Positions 37,303 through 47,542 of a stretch of 64,000 nt of DNA are shown here, piece by piece. Positions within the stretch are counted from its first letter, which is position 1; every line of letters starts with the position of its first letter. The notes under the pieces are model-generated. The model saw only the letters and a program-made list of their open reading frames with translations. It searched no databases and was not told the DNA's origin. The position numbers and the translations under genes were made by a program. The stretch is taken from NCBI GenBank assembly GCA_038893835.1, contig JAWAQR010000002.1:32001-96000 (forward strand), in the 5' to 3' direction. The stretch is from Archaeoglobaceae archaeon (lineage in GTDB: Archaea; Halobacteriota; Archaeoglobi; Archaeoglobales; Archaeoglobaceae).

Positions 37303-37437
37303 TGGGGTCGGTGGGATTTGAACCCACGACTTGCGGGTCTCTTCGGTCAGAGCTCCAACGGGTCATCACAATTCAGCAGACCCACAACTCATCACACCAC
37401 TGGAGCCCGCCGCGCTTCCTGGCTACGCCACGACCCC
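37303..37437 (-). tRNA. tRNA-Trp(CCA) with ~61-nt intron at the canonical 37/38 position
   Basis: 5' exon 37437-37400 (GGGGTCG...GCGGG-CT-CCA-G); 3' exon 37338-37303 (A-CCCGC...GGTTCAAATCC...CGACCCCA). Confidence 0.95.
37339..37399 (-). ncRNA. Intron-encoded box C/D guide RNA of pre-tRNA-Trp
   Basis: Intron reads C (GTGATGA) - guide TGTGGGTCT - D' (CTGA) - C' (TGATGA) - guide TTGGAGC - D (CTGA); guides are complementary to the host anticodon arm. Confidence 0.9.
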
Positions 37438-37564
37438 TTGCTTTCTATAACTTCTCAGTAAATATAACTGTTTTGGTCATCATTAAGCAAAATAATTCAA
37501 TCGATCATTAATGTTTGTTGTGAAGCGAAAGAGATTTAAATCTTTTCAAACTTCGTTCTTATAA

Positions 37565-37639
37565 GCTCCGGTGGTGTAGCCCGGTCAAACATTCGGGCCT
37601 TTCGAGCCCGCGCCCCGGGTTCAAATCCCGGCCGGAGCA
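37565..37639 (+). tRNA. tRNA-Glu(TTC)
   Basis: GCTCCGG/CCGGAGC acceptor, CGGGC-CT-TTC-GA-GCCCG, GGTTCAAATCC; TTTAAA box upstream. Confidence 0.96.
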
Positions 37640-37665
37640 CTTTTAAATTTCTGCTGTGCATTTTT

Positions 37666-38226
37666 TTAGATTTTATTTTCATTTACTATAAAATTACAAA
37701 CTCTCTCTGTTAGCAAATCGAATTTTCCAAAATAAAAGTGATCTGTATCCAGAATCGCAAAATCTTTCGGATCTTTTGCCTTTAAGAATAACAAGAATCC
37801 ATCGGAAAGGGATATGAATTGATCTCTCTTCGCAATAACGAAAAGCTTTGGCACTTCTGAGTCCTTAAAACTTATCGACCCAATGGAAGGTAATGGAGAA
37901 ATGAAGACTGCAGAATTGCATAGATTTGCAACGTTTGATGCGACGACACTTCCAAAGGAGTAACCCACTATTGTAACTGTGGAATGCATGGATTTGAGAA
38001 AATCTATACAAATCTTCGCATCTTCTATTTCCCCAATCCCCTCTCTATAGCCCCTATAATCGAAGATCATCGTTGAAAATCCGAGAGAGTTCAACCTTCT
38101 CGCTATCCTCACAAGTCTTTCATCGAACCTACAACCACCCATCAGTGGATGTGGTGGGCAGAGAAGAACGGCCTTTTCCCCTACTGGATCATAAGTAGCC
38201 TTTATCTTCTGAATCTCAATATCCAT
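37666..38226 (-). CDS. Alpha/beta hydrolase (COG2945-like)
   Basis: PHPLMGG, FDYRG, GYSFG nucleophile elbow, D and DHFY. Confidence 0.88.
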   Translation of the reverse strand: MDIEIQKIKATYDPVGEKAVLLCPPHPLMGGCRFDERLVRIARRLNSLGFSTMIFDYRGYREGIGEIEDAKICIDFLKSMHSTVTIVGYSFGSVVASNVANLCNSAVFISPLPSIGSISFKDSEVPKLFVIAKRDQFISLSDGFLLFLKAKDPKDFAILDTDHFYFGKFDLLTERVCNFIVNENKI

Positions 38227-39118
38227 ATTTTTCCCTTATCATTTCAATTGCTTCCTTTGCCGATTCGGAAAGATTTACGTCCATAAGATAGTTTTCCAAT
38301 AAGTTCAAGTCTTCCTTTTCCCCAACTATGCCTAACATCATTATTGCATCCTCCTTTATTCGCCTATCTTCATGCTCGAGCAGCCTTATTATCTTTTCTT
38401 TTGCTTTTCTGCTTATCTTTTTTCCATTCTTTTGCAAGTTTTCTATCAAAGCCATCGCACCAAGGCGAACAAAGAAGTTTTCATGCGCTATTAATTCAAC
38501 TATCGTCTCTGTTTTGTCAACGAGTATTTTTAAATCATCAATCTCTCCCCTCTCTAGTTTGTGAACCATATATTCATAATAATCTCCTTCCAGTCCCAAT
38601 TTTATCAATCTTTCCAGTCCCCTTTCATTGAGTGCCCCTCTAAAAACCATCTTATCCACAAAAACCGTAGGGACTCCCTGAACTCCAGCTTTCTCAGCCG
38701 TTTCAGGGAAAATGGTAACATCGACAACATGATGCTCTAAACCGAGTTTTAAGGCGATCCTGTTCATAGAATCCAATAAAAACTTACAGTTCGGACATAT
38801 GGGTGAAACAAAGGTTATAACTTTTGCTCTCTTTTCTTCTAATTTTTTATCAAACTCTAAAGCCATCTTGATTGCGAGTAAGAACGATTCGAGCTCCGAA
38901 TACTGTGGAATAGCATGAAAGAATAAGTTATAACCCTTTAATTCGATTGCAGGTAAATTCATTTCTTTTTCAAATTCCGTTTCGAATTCGTAATCAACTG
39001 GAATTATTTCGCTCAATCTTTTTACAAATTCCAGCATTTTTTGATCTCCATAAACTTTTAGATGAATTTTTCTTGACAAATTTCCTATCGCTCTTTTTAC
39101 AATTTTTTCTGTTAGCAT
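38216..39118 (-). CDS. Thioredoxin-fold protein with C-terminal HEAT repeats
   Basis: SPICPNC, GVQGVP cis-Pro loop; HEAT-like LLEHEDRRIKEDAIMMLG. Confidence 0.82.
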   Translation of the reverse strand: MLTEKIVKRAIGNLSRKIHLKVYGDQKMLEFVKRLSEIIPVDYEFETEFEKEMNLPAIELKGYNLFFHAIPQYSELESFLLAIKMALEFDKKLEEKRAKVITFVSPICPNCKFLLDSMNRIALKLGLEHHVVDVTIFPETAEKAGVQGVPTVFVDKMVFRGALNERGLERLIKLGLEGDYYEYMVHKLERGEIDDLKILVDKTETIVELIAHENFFVRLGAMALIENLQKNGKKISRKAKEKIIRLLEHEDRRIKEDAIMMLGIVGEKEDLNLLENYLMDVNLSESAKEAIEMIREKYGY

Positions 39119-39168
39119 CGTAAAAAGATTGAGGGGTAAATTTTTTAAGTTTTTTGCAAAGACTAAAT

Positions 39169-41241
39169 ATGATCAGCTGCCCAGAACTCTGGACAGAGTT
39201 CTTTGAGAAATATTATGCTGAGGAGTTGAACAAATTAGCATTTCGTATCAAAGAGGGAGGTGATAAAAGATCGATTTATGTCAATTTTACCCGGGATTTA
39301 CTTGTTTTTCAAGAAGGCAGACTCGGGGAGGAGTTGATCGAAAATCCCGACATAGTTCTAGCACATGCAGAGCAAGGCCTTGCAAGAGCGACGAACATTT
39401 ACGGAGTTCCATTGGAAGGTTGTAAAACTAGAATATTTTCACTCCCAGCAACCAGAAAGATGCTCATAAGGAATCTGAGAAGTGTCCATATTTCAAAGCT
39501 AGTTGCAATCGAAGGAATTGTTAGAAAAGTAACTGAAGTTCGTCCAAGGGTAGTTTCTGCTGCCTTTAAATGTCTTGATTGCGGTTCCATTTCTTACGTT
39601 CCCCAAGATGAGTCTTTGCTGAGATATCCATACCAGTGTACTTGTGGGGGGAAGAAATTCGTTTTTTTACCAGAAAACAGCGTGTCTGTAGATAGTCAAA
39701 GAGTTAGAATTCAGGAATATCCCGAAAACCTTCGCGGTGGAGAGCAGCCACAGAGTATAGATGTAATACTCGAGGGAGATATATCGGGAACAGTAAATCC
39801 TGGAGATAGAGTTATAATCAACGGGATCGTAAGAGCTAAGCCAAGGGGAGTTCATCAGAGAAAATTAACACACCTAGACTTGTTCATCGAAGGAAATTCG
39901 GTAGAAATAGTTCAGCAGGAATATGAAGAGTTCGAGATAACGGAAAAGGATAAGGAAAAAATAATAGCGCTTGCAAAAAGTGAAGACATATATGAAAGGA
40001 TTGTAAAAACGATTGCCCCGTCGATATATGGATATGAGGATGTAAAACTTGCGATAGCGTTACAGCTATTTGGAGGAGTTCCGAAGAAGCTTCCGGATGG
40101 AACAGAAATAAGGGGAGATATACACATTTTACTCGTTGGCGATCCCGGTGTTGCGAAATCTCAACTTTTGCGATACGTGCACAGAATTGCTCCGAGAAGT
40201 ATATACACTACTGGGAAAGGGACAACAACCGCTGGTCTTACTGCTGCTGCTGTAAGAGATGAAGTGGATGGTAGATGGACACTTGAAGCTGGGGCATTAG
40301 TTCTTGCAGATAAAGGTATAGCGCTTGTCGATGAAATAGACAAAATGAGGAAAGAGGATCGTTCAGCACTACATGAAGCCCTTGAACAGCAAACGATTAG
40401 CGTTGCAAAAGCTGGAATAAATGCAATATTAAAGGCAAGATGTGCGCTTTTAGCTGCAGCAAATCCAAAGTATGGAAGATTTGATCGCTACTCATCAATT
40501 GCAGAGCAAATCGAGCTTTCTCCAACTCTCCTATCCAGATTCGATCTGATATTTGTTTTAACAGATGAACCAAACATTGAGAGAGATAAAAAGCTGGCAG
40601 AGCATATTCTAAACATTCACCAACTTGGGGAGGTTCTTGAAAGATCTAAATCCATAAGTGAAGATGTAAAACAAAAAACTGAAAAAATAGAGCCTGCAAT
40701 TGATCCAGATCTCTTAAGGAAGTACATAGCATATGCCAAAAACTTTTACCCAGTTTTAAGTGAGGAGGCGAAAAGAAGGATTGAAGAATATTACATTTCA
40801 CTCAGAGCAAAGGCAAAGGAGAATTCACCGATACCGATAACTGCAAGACAACTTGAGAGTATTGTAAGATTAGCAGAGGCTTCTGCGAGGATAAGATTGA
40901 GCGAAGTCGTGACAGCTGAGGATGTGGAGAGGGTTATAAAGATCATGGAAAAGAGTCTTGCCCAGATTGCAATAGATCCTGAAACAGGAGAACTCGACAT
41001 AGACTTCGCTTTCTCCGGAACTTCGAAGAGGCAAAGAGATAGGATATGGATTATGAAAAAGATAATCGAGGAGCTAGAAGAGATGAATGAATTCGGAGCC
41101 CCTGAGGAAGAGATTATCAAAAGAGCTAAAAGCAATGGAATTGAGGAAGAGAGAGCGAGAGAAATCATTTCGAAGCTGAAGATAAATGGAGAGATATTTT
41201 CACCAAAGTTCGGATTCTATAGAATTGTCAGAAAAAGGTAA
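39169..41241 (+). CDS. mcm: Replicative helicase MCM
   Basis: C4 zinc finger, [34 protein letters not shown]; no intein. Confidence 0.98.
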   Translation: MISCPELWTEFFEKYYAEELNKLAFRIKEGGDKRSIYVNFTRDLLVFQEGRLGEELIENPDIVLAHAEQGLARATNIYGVPLEGCKTRIFSLPATRKMLIRNLRSVHISKLVAIEGIVRKVTEVRPRVVSAAFKCLDCGSISYVPQDESLLRYPYQCTCGGKKFVFLPENSVSVDSQRVRIQEYPENLRGGEQPQSIDVILEGDISGTVNPGDRVIINGIVRAKPRGVHQRKLTHLDLFIEGNSVEIVQQEYEEFEITEKDKEKIIALAKSEDIYERIVKTIAPSIYGYEDVKLAIALQLFGGVPKKLPDGTEIRGDIHILLVGDPGVAKSQLLRYVHRIAPRSIYTTGKGTTTAGLTAAAVRDEVDGRWTLEAGALVLADKGIALVDEIDKMRKEDRSALHEALEQQTISVAKAGINAILKARCALLAAANPKYGRFDRYSSIAEQIELSPTLLSRFDLIFVLTDEPNIERDKKLAEHILNIHQLGEVLERSKSISEDVKQKTEKIEPAIDPDLLRKYIAYAKNFYPVLSEEAKRRIEEYYISLRAKAKENSPIPITARQLESIVRLAEASARIRLSEVVTAEDVERVIKIMEKSLAQIAIDPETGELDIDFAFSGTSKRQRDRIWIMKKIIEELEEMNEFGAPEEEIIKRAKSNGIEEERAREIISKLKINGEIFSPKFGFYRIVRKR

Positions 41242-41260
41242 AATATAAAAGATGTGAGGA

Positions 41261-41953
41261 GTGGAGATTATGAGAGTATTTAAAACTGGAATCGTTCCAC
41301 TCGACGTTCAGCTCGGCGGTGGAATACCGGGAGGAGCTGTGGTTGTAATACTCGAAGAGCCAGGCGCTGGAGGAGATGTTTTTTCTTATTACTTTGCAGT
41401 AGAGGGAGCAAATGCTGGAGAAAATGTTCTATACATTTCAACAGACGATGCGACGAAGGAAGTTAAGAGATATCTTGGGCTTTACTTTCCAAAGTATCAG
41501 AACTTCACGATTATCAGCTTGAAGGATAGAGAAGAGCTGGATGCAAAAGGTTATTTAAAAAAGACTATGCATGACATTCTTAGCGGTGTTAAAACGATAA
41601 TAAGGAATGAGAAATTCGATAGAGTTGTGTTGAACAATTTGACTTTCTTCTTCTCCCACTACTCCCCTGAAGATGTTGGTTCGCTGATCGAGTTCTTCCT
41701 GAACGATGCAAGAGAAAAAGAGTCAGCTTACCTACTGCTAATGACAAAGGGTATGTTTGAGGAGAGAGTTGAAACGATGGTGAAACATCTGTGCGATGGA
41801 GTTATAGAACTCTCTTTAAGAGAAGTTGATAATGAAATTCAGAGAAGGCTAAAATTCATAAAGTTCAAAGGTATAATCGTTCCAAGAGTTGTGATGAGAT
41901 ACGATTTGACCGAAAAGGGCATTAAAATGGAATCAATGATAAGAGTGTTATGA
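41261..41953 (+). CDS. KaiC/RAD55-like RecA-fold protein with degenerate Walker motifs
   Basis: KTGI..LD..LGGGIP, EEPGAGGD (no Walker A Lys), DGVIEL, IKFKG. Confidence 0.85.
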   Translation: MEIMRVFKTGIVPLDVQLGGGIPGGAVVVILEEPGAGGDVFSYYFAVEGANAGENVLYISTDDATKEVKRYLGLYFPKYQNFTIISLKDREELDAKGYLKKTMHDILSGVKTIIRNEKFDRVVLNNLTFFFSHYSPEDVGSLIEFFLNDAREKESAYLLLMTKGMFEERVETMVKHLCDGVIELSLREVDNEIQRRLKFIKFKGIIVPRVVMRYDLTEKGIKMESMIRVL

Positions 41954-42375
41954 GAGTGACATATGGAGTTGGGAAAATAAACTTTGGAGAATTTGCATGC
42001 TTCATAGATCCAAAGTTTGTCGTAGATTTGTTTACTGTTGAATTTGCAGCAAAAAAAGCTTTGAAAAATTGGGAAGCAGGTAAAAGGATTTCAAAAAGTC
42101 TTGCAATGGAGATTCTCCTTTACTTCTCGGCAACCAGACAAATCGAGATCGCAAAAAAGGTGACCGCAAAGGATAAAGCAGTAGCTGTTGTATTAGATGA
42201 AGAAGAATTTTCCAAAATAGAGTTTAAAGAGCTGGAATTTGTCCCAGAATATGACTTAAAGGCTGTAATGGAATTGTATGATATAACAGAGGAAGAGTTA
42301 AGAATAGTAGGCATAAAAAAGTTACCCTTGCTTGTGAGGGAGAGAATTGCACTATTTTCCTTACTTGGTGAGTGA
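41950..42375 (+). CDS. cgi121: KEOPS complex subunit Cgi121
   Basis: SKSLAMEILLYFSATRQI, YDIT..EL, LVRERIAL. Confidence 0.9.
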   Translation: MRVTYGVGKINFGEFACFIDPKFVVDLFTVEFAAKKALKNWEAGKRISKSLAMEILLYFSATRQIEIAKKVTAKDKAVAVVLDEEEFSKIEFKELEFVPEYDLKAVMELYDITEEELRIVGIKKLPLLVRERIALFSLLGE

Positions 42376-43206
42376 ATGAAGGGTAAAGCTTACGCCGCTG
42401 GAACTGTGCTTAACGCTCTAGCAACTGGAATTGGTTGCGCCTTTGGAATTGAGCTCTTTCTTAAGTTGAAGATTAAACCCGACGACGAAAATGTTCTAAT
42501 TGTTAACGGTACCGAAAGAAAATCTGATTTAATTGAAAAGATTTTATCAGGGTTAAATGAAAGAGCCTGTGTCATAGTAAAGTCTGAAATTCCAGAAAAG
42601 AGTGGGTTAGGTAGCAGCAGTGCTTTTTTAAACGCTTTGCTGATTGCGATCTATAAGAAAAAAAGGGATGAACTGATCGCATCAAAATTACTAAAGTTAA
42701 ACGCAGAAATCTCGCTAGAAGTTAAAATTAGCTACACAGGCGCTTTTGACGATGCTTCCGCATCTCTACTTGGAGGTCTCGTAATCTCTGATAACTACAG
42801 AAGGGGTTTAAAGGAATGGATCATTTTAAGAGGTTATGCTGCGATTCTTCTTCCGGAATTTAAGAGGGGAAATGTGGATTGGGAAAAAATAAAGAGAGAG
42901 AATTACAGACTTAAGAACGTTGAGTTGAAGTTAAAGAGACATGAATTTCGCGAAGTAATGAGAGAAAATACCAGATTTTACTGCGAGATGATTGGATATC
43001 CGTTAGAAATTGCTGAAAGATTATGGAAAGAGAATATATGCTGTGGATTGTCTGGAAATGGTCCATCTTTTGTTGCAATTGGCAATAAAAATGAGATGAA
43101 CATAGCAAAGGAGATCTGGGGAGAATACGGTAAAGTAATTGTTAAAAAAATTCCAGAAAAGCCAGTAGATGAATTGGTAATAGACAGAGAGTTGTTTTTG
43201 GAATAA
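42376..43206 (+). CDS. aroK: Archaeal shikimate kinase (GHMP)
   Basis: NALATG.G.AFGI, SEIP..SGLGSSSA, TGAFDDASAS, LSGNGPS. Confidence 0.93.
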   Translation: MKGKAYAAGTVLNALATGIGCAFGIELFLKLKIKPDDENVLIVNGTERKSDLIEKILSGLNERACVIVKSEIPEKSGLGSSSAFLNALLIAIYKKKRDELIASKLLKLNAEISLEVKISYTGAFDDASASLLGGLVISDNYRRGLKEWIILRGYAAILLPEFKRGNVDWEKIKRENYRLKNVELKLKRHEFREVMRENTRFYCEMIGYPLEIAERLWKENICCGLSGNGPSFVAIGNKNEMNIAKEIWGEYGKVIVKKIPEKPVDELVIDRELFLE

Positions 43207-43232
43207 TTTACTTTTTCATCTTTGTGAGTTTC

Positions 43233-44159
43233 TCATCTCTCAAAACCCTTCTCAACATTGGATTGTTCATCAGAGCTAAACTCATGCGCTAGTCCAATTA
43301 AATCCGATATTTTAACACCGTTAATTCTCAAAAAAGCTAAGAGACTTTCCTTTAAGCTGTAAAAGATCCTCTTACTGTAAAAAATCGCTGATCCTATTTC
43401 AACAGCAGTAGAACCTGCAAGAATGAATTCCAAAACGTCTTCAAAACTCGTTATTCCACCGCAACCTATTATCGGAATTTCCAGAACTTTATAAAGATCA
43501 TAAACACACTTTAAAGCAATTGGCTTTATCGCATGACCGCTAACTCCTCCATAAACGTTACTCAACACAGGTTTTTTCGAGATTATATCTATCTTCATTC
43601 CCGGAAGTGTGTTGGAGATCGTTATCCCATCCACCCCAGCTTTCTCGAGTTCCTTGGCCAGCTTTATATAATCGTGCATGGCAGATAGTTTTGCAAAAAC
43701 AGGTTTATCCGTGACATCTTTTACAGCATTTACTATAGCGCTCGATAATTCCAAATCTTTACCTATTTCCATCCCAGCTCCCTTAACGTGAGGACAGCTC
43801 AGGTTCAGCTCAAAACCATCTGCAAAGTCGAAGATTTCAACCAACTTTACGAATTCCGCTTCATTCTTACCATAAAGGCTAACTATCAAAGGAGATAGAA
43901 AGTTAAAATTCTTAAGCTCCCTTGCAAAATCTTCCGCAGATGGTGAAGCTAAGCCAATAGCATTGATCAATCCACATCTCCAATTTAAAACAGTTGGATT
44001 TCTATATCCATGTCTCTCCTCCAGACCTACTGATTTCGTTACAACTGCTCCTACTTCCTCAGAAATTTCGTTAAGCGATGAACAAGAGCTTCCAAGAACT
44101 CCACTGGCTAAGATCAATGGATTTTTTAATTTCATACCGCAGAGTTCAACTTCGAGCAT
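43233..44159 (-). CDS. pyrD: Dihydroorotate dehydrogenase, family 1B catalytic subunit
   Basis: NPLILASG, VTKS, NAIGL, ELNLSCPH, AKLS, SNT, GGVSG, GCGGI. Confidence 0.95.
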   Translation of the reverse strand: MLEVELCGMKLKNPLILASGVLGSSCSSLNEISEEVGAVVTKSVGLEERHGYRNPTVLNWRCGLINAIGLASPSAEDFARELKNFNFLSPLIVSLYGKNEAEFVKLVEIFDFADGFELNLSCPHVKGAGMEIGKDLELSSAIVNAVKDVTDKPVFAKLSAMHDYIKLAKELEKAGVDGITISNTLPGMKIDIISKKPVLSNVYGGVSGHAIKPIALKCVYDLYKVLEIPIIGCGGITSFEDVLEFILAGSTAVEIGSAIFYSKRIFYSLKESLLAFLRINGVKISDLIGLAHEFSSDEQSNVEKGFER

Positions 44160-44178
44160 AGAAAAAGTAGATAAAAAA

Positions 44179-44703
44179 TTATAAATTTTCCGCTACATTT
44201 TCGAATTTGTAAATCCCAGCATAGCCACGTGTTTTCGAGCAAAGTTTGAGAAATATCAACTGTATAATCCTAGCGTTTTTCTTCAACCAAATTCCTTCAG
44301 GATTATGGACGACTATTAGAACTTCGCTCCTCCCTTCATATCCAGCATCCCAAACTGCAGTTTCCACGCTAACACCGCATCGTAGTAAAGTGCTTCTAGG
44401 CTTTGCAATCGCAATTAAATCATTTCCCAGTCTCAAAATCTCGTTTAGCACCGCTTTATAAACACCCTGCGGAAGGTGAATCCAATCCTCGAACTTTAAC
44501 TCCTCAGTCTCTGAAATTATCCTTTCTTCGTTGCTGAAATCAACCTTTCCCGCAGATTTCAACATTTTAATGCTTCGCAAAGTGCAGTCAAAGCCATTTG
44601 GTTGTAGCTGAGTTTCTAAATCGATGTAATCGCTTATCAATCCATCCTTTATTCTCTCCCTTATTTCATCCGCAGCTAGGACACACAGCTCAAGTCTTAG
44701 CAA
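44179..44703 (-). CDS. dUTPase / dCTP deaminase family
   Basis: QLQPNGFD, PRSTLLRCG, AVWDAGYEG, RIIQL; start uncertain. Confidence 0.9.
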   Translation of the reverse strand: MLRLELCVLAADEIRERIKDGLISDYIDLETQLQPNGFDCTLRSIKMLKSAGKVDFSNEERIISETEELKFEDWIHLPQGVYKAVLNEILRLGNDLIAIAKPRSTLLRCGVSVETAVWDAGYEGRSEVLIVVHNPEGIWLKKNARIIQLIFLKLCSKTRGYAGIYKFENVAENL

Positions 44704-45304
44704 TAGCTAATAAGCTTTTTATGCTTTCCAACTGCATGTTCATCGAGTAAATTGTAAAGGCGAGATAGATGATGATTGGGATCGATGATACCATTGCAGC
44801 CTTCTTCAAGCTCAACTCTCTCGCATTCTTGACTGCAAATACCCAGTAAACGTATATCCAGAGATTTGTGGCAATCGAAAAAATCGTCAAAGAAATTAAA
44901 TTTTCAAAAGTAGTAGATCTGAATAGCTCGATTGTTAAATAAGTACCAATTGGGCTGAGTAAAATTGAAGGAATAAAGCTAAAAGCTGTGAATTTCATCA
45001 AATTAGAGAAACTACCTTTTCCACCAAATATTGCTGAAAGGACGTGAAGAATTGCAGTCATCAAAATCCAAACCAAAAAAGCTCCAACAAAAGCGCTTAA
45101 AGAACCTGTAAAGCTGAGAAAAGAGAGAATTAACTCCGCATCTTTACCAAAAATAGATCTTAAATTTTCGCTAAGAACTTGTAGCGAAATGTTTGCAGAA
45201 ACTGCTGAGATTATTGCGTACAGTAAGACTACTGCAATAGGTAGCCTGAATCCCATTCCTTTTTTCCTCGCAAAGAACTTGTCTGGATTTAGCAGAACAT
45301 CCAT
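44690..45304 (-). CDS. Yip1-family membrane protein
   Basis: LLNPDKFF start, five TM helices, FGGKGSF, KNARELS. Confidence 0.85.
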   Translation of the reverse strand: MDVLLNPDKFFARKKGMGFRLPIAVVLLYAIISAVSANISLQVLSENLRSIFGKDAELILSFLSFTGSLSAFVGAFLVWILMTAILHVLSAIFGGKGSFSNLMKFTAFSFIPSILLSPIGTYLTIELFRSTTFENLISLTIFSIATNLWIYVYWVFAVKNARELSLKKAAMVSSIPIIIYLAFTIYSMNMQLESIKSLLAIAKT

Positions 45305-45372
45305 ATGTCAGGTATAGAAAATTATATAAAAACCTTTCGAATGGTTTTTAAACTTTGGTCAGAAAAATCGAT

Positions 45373-46134
45373 ATGAAAGTTGCAACTTTCAACGTGAACT
45401 CAATAAACTCGCGGCTTCATATAGTGATTCCATGGTTGAAGGAGAACAAGCCCGATTTTCTATGTATCCAGGAGACAAAGACCGAAGATAGAAAATTTCC
45501 TTCAGCAGACTTTCACAGAATCGGATATCAAGTTATCTTTCGTGGTAAAAAGGGACAGAGTGGAGTTGCAATTGCATCGCTGAGAGAGGCTGAGAAAATA
45601 AACTTTGGACTCGCTGGTAGGGATGAGGATAGACTCATATTTGCGGAATTCGGTGACCTGAAGCTCATAAATGTTTATGTTCCCCAAGGTTATAGAATAG
45701 ACAGTGAAAAATACAGTTACAAGCTCCAATGGCTTGAAAAGCTTTATGAATGGCTGAAGGGCTTTGATTTAAGGGAAAAAATTTTGATATGCGGAGACAT
45801 GAACGTTGCTCCTGAGCCAATAGATGTTCATAGCCCAGAAAAGCTAAAAAATCATGTTTGCTTCCATGAAGATGCTAGAAAGGCATATAAGAGAATTCTT
45901 GAACTCGGATTCGTCGATTTGCTGAGAAAAATGCACCCCAATGAAAGGATATACACTTTCTACGACTATCGCGTAAAAAATGCGATAGAGAAAGGTTTGG
46001 GCTGGAGGGTTGATGCGATCCTCGCAAGTCCTGTGCTTGCAGAGAAGTGCATTCGCTGTGATGTTGATCTGAAGCCAAGAATTGCTGAGAAGCCTTCAGA
46101 TCACCTTCCAGTAGTAGCTGAATTTCTAGATTAG
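45373..46134 (+). CDS. xth: Exodeoxyribonuclease III
   Basis: ATFNVNS, QETK, NVYVP, GDMN, GWRVD, SDHLP. Confidence 0.96.
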   Translation: MKVATFNVNSINSRLHIVIPWLKENKPDFLCIQETKTEDRKFPSADFHRIGYQVIFRGKKGQSGVAIASLREAEKINFGLAGRDEDRLIFAEFGDLKLINVYVPQGYRIDSEKYSYKLQWLEKLYEWLKGFDLREKILICGDMNVAPEPIDVHSPEKLKNHVCFHEDARKAYKRILELGFVDLLRKMHPNERIYTFYDYRVKNAIEKGLGWRVDAILASPVLAEKCIRCDVDLKPRIAEKPSDHLPVVAEFLD

Positions 46135-47273
46135 ACTTCTTTTCCAACTATAATCCCATCCTCATTTCTCACAACTTCAAATTTCACAATCTCTCCAACC
46201 TTTTTATCCGTTATAACTGCAACACTTCTATTTTTAGCAACACAAAGCATCTCACCAAACATTCTCCCTTCAGCGACTATTCTTCCATGACAAATCTCTC
46301 CCTTCCTAAAGGGGTTCTCTATTGAGGGTCTTTTCTCTATTCCAAAATCCTCTGGTTTCAGCACAAGCTTTATTCCATATTCCTTTTCAAGAGTTCTAAG
46401 CCTCTGATAGAATTCCTTAAAGGAAATGCTCTTTCCAACCTTTCTTCCAAAGCGATATGGGATGTATTTCTGAATTCCCAGTGGGGGATATTTCTTCCCA
46501 GCACCTATTTCCAAGGCAAATTCGATTATCTTCGGGATTTCCTCATCATTATAGCCTGGAACCCAAACGGGAGCTATAAGGAGATCTATCTTACTGTTCG
46601 CTATCATTTCTGCAATTTCTAGAACTTTTTTCAATGGATAGGCACCATAAAGCATTTTTGCCTTCTCCTTAGAAATTGCACTAATTGAGAGATTTATTCT
46701 GCTCATCTTCCCTTCCAGTGCAGAGATTCTTTCCTCATTTAGCGGTATTCCGTTTGTCTGCATCGAAATAATTGAAACGTTCTTCATTCTTGAAACTTGC
46801 TCGACGAAGTATTCCAGATAAGGATAGAGAGCTGGTTCTCCCTGAGCGTCCAAATGCACCTCCACTCCTTCCCCCTTAAATTCCACAATCTTACCTAACT
46901 CCTCCAGCATGTAATCGGGGTCGACTATGTAATCCGTTTTTCTCGTCCTACTTTTCCTCCCCTCATCGACGCTACAAAAGATACAGTTCAAATTGCACCC
47001 AGTAATACATCTAACCTGTAGAAGATTTGTTCCCCGATCTATTATTCCAAACGCTGAATGACCTAGCAAGGGAATTCCGCTTTCCTTAGTTACAAAAACG
47101 AGTTCTCTACCTGTAACGCGATTCAAAATTCTCTTATTTTCATAGTTAGAAATAATATATTCACGACTATATTTTTTGCTCAACTTTTCAAAATCTTGCT
47201 TTGGAATCCTTATCTCGATTATATTTCTCAGTATGAAGACCTTCTCATTCTTATCTTCCTTTTCCTCCAACAT
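46131..47273 (-). CDS. Radical SAM protein with C-terminal TRAM-like domain (COG2100-like)
   Basis: FGIIDRGTN, GCNLNCIFCSVD, QGEP, MQTNG. Confidence 0.9.
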   Translation of the reverse strand: MLEEKEDKNEKVFILRNIIEIRIPKQDFEKLSKKYSREYIISNYENKRILNRVTGRELVFVTKESGIPLLGHSAFGIIDRGTNLLQVRCITGCNLNCIFCSVDEGRKSRTRKTDYIVDPDYMLEELGKIVEFKGEGVEVHLDAQGEPALYPYLEYFVEQVSRMKNVSIISMQTNGIPLNEERISALEGKMSRINLSISAISKEKAKMLYGAYPLKKVLEIAEMIANSKIDLLIAPVWVPGYNDEEIPKIIEFALEIGAGKKYPPLGIQKYIPYRFGRKVGKSISFKEFYQRLRTLEKEYGIKLVLKPEDFGIEKRPSIENPFRKGEICHGRIVAEGRMFGEMLCVAKNRSVAVITDKKVGEIVKFEVVRNEDGIIVGKEV

Positions 47274-47496
47274 TCTTTATCTCTTTAATCGCCTTTTCTC
47301 CCTTCTCAGTTAACTTGTATACGTTTCCCTCTTTCAAAATCAAACCTTCGTTCATCAACTCTTCTAAGAGTGCTTTTGCTGTATTAACCGGAATCCTCGT
47401 CTTCTTCGAAATTTCTTCAATACCTTGCTCTTTTTTTGCAATCATCTCGATCAATTTGAGTTTATTTGGATTCGTTGCAAGAGATCCCGATTTCAT
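47251..47496 (-). CDS. Small winged-helix DNA-binding protein
   Basis: EEISKKTRIP...LEELMNEGLI...YKLTEKG. Confidence 0.8.
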   Translation of the reverse strand: MKSGSLATNPNKLKLIEMIAKKEQGIEEISKKTRIPVNTAKALLEELMNEGLILKEGNVYKLTEKGEKAIKEIKNVGGKGR

Positions 47497-47542
47497 AGTA
47501 AAAGATTGCTCCCAAAACTATTAAACATTTGCCCTACAATCA

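Noticed and set aside
34338-37511. ORFs 34338-34529, 37172-37369 and 37302-37511
   Set aside because: They are read through tRNA-Val and tRNA-Trp genes
39169-41241. Intein in MCM (also checked RfcL)
   Set aside because: Lengths are normal and the Walker A regions are uninterrupted
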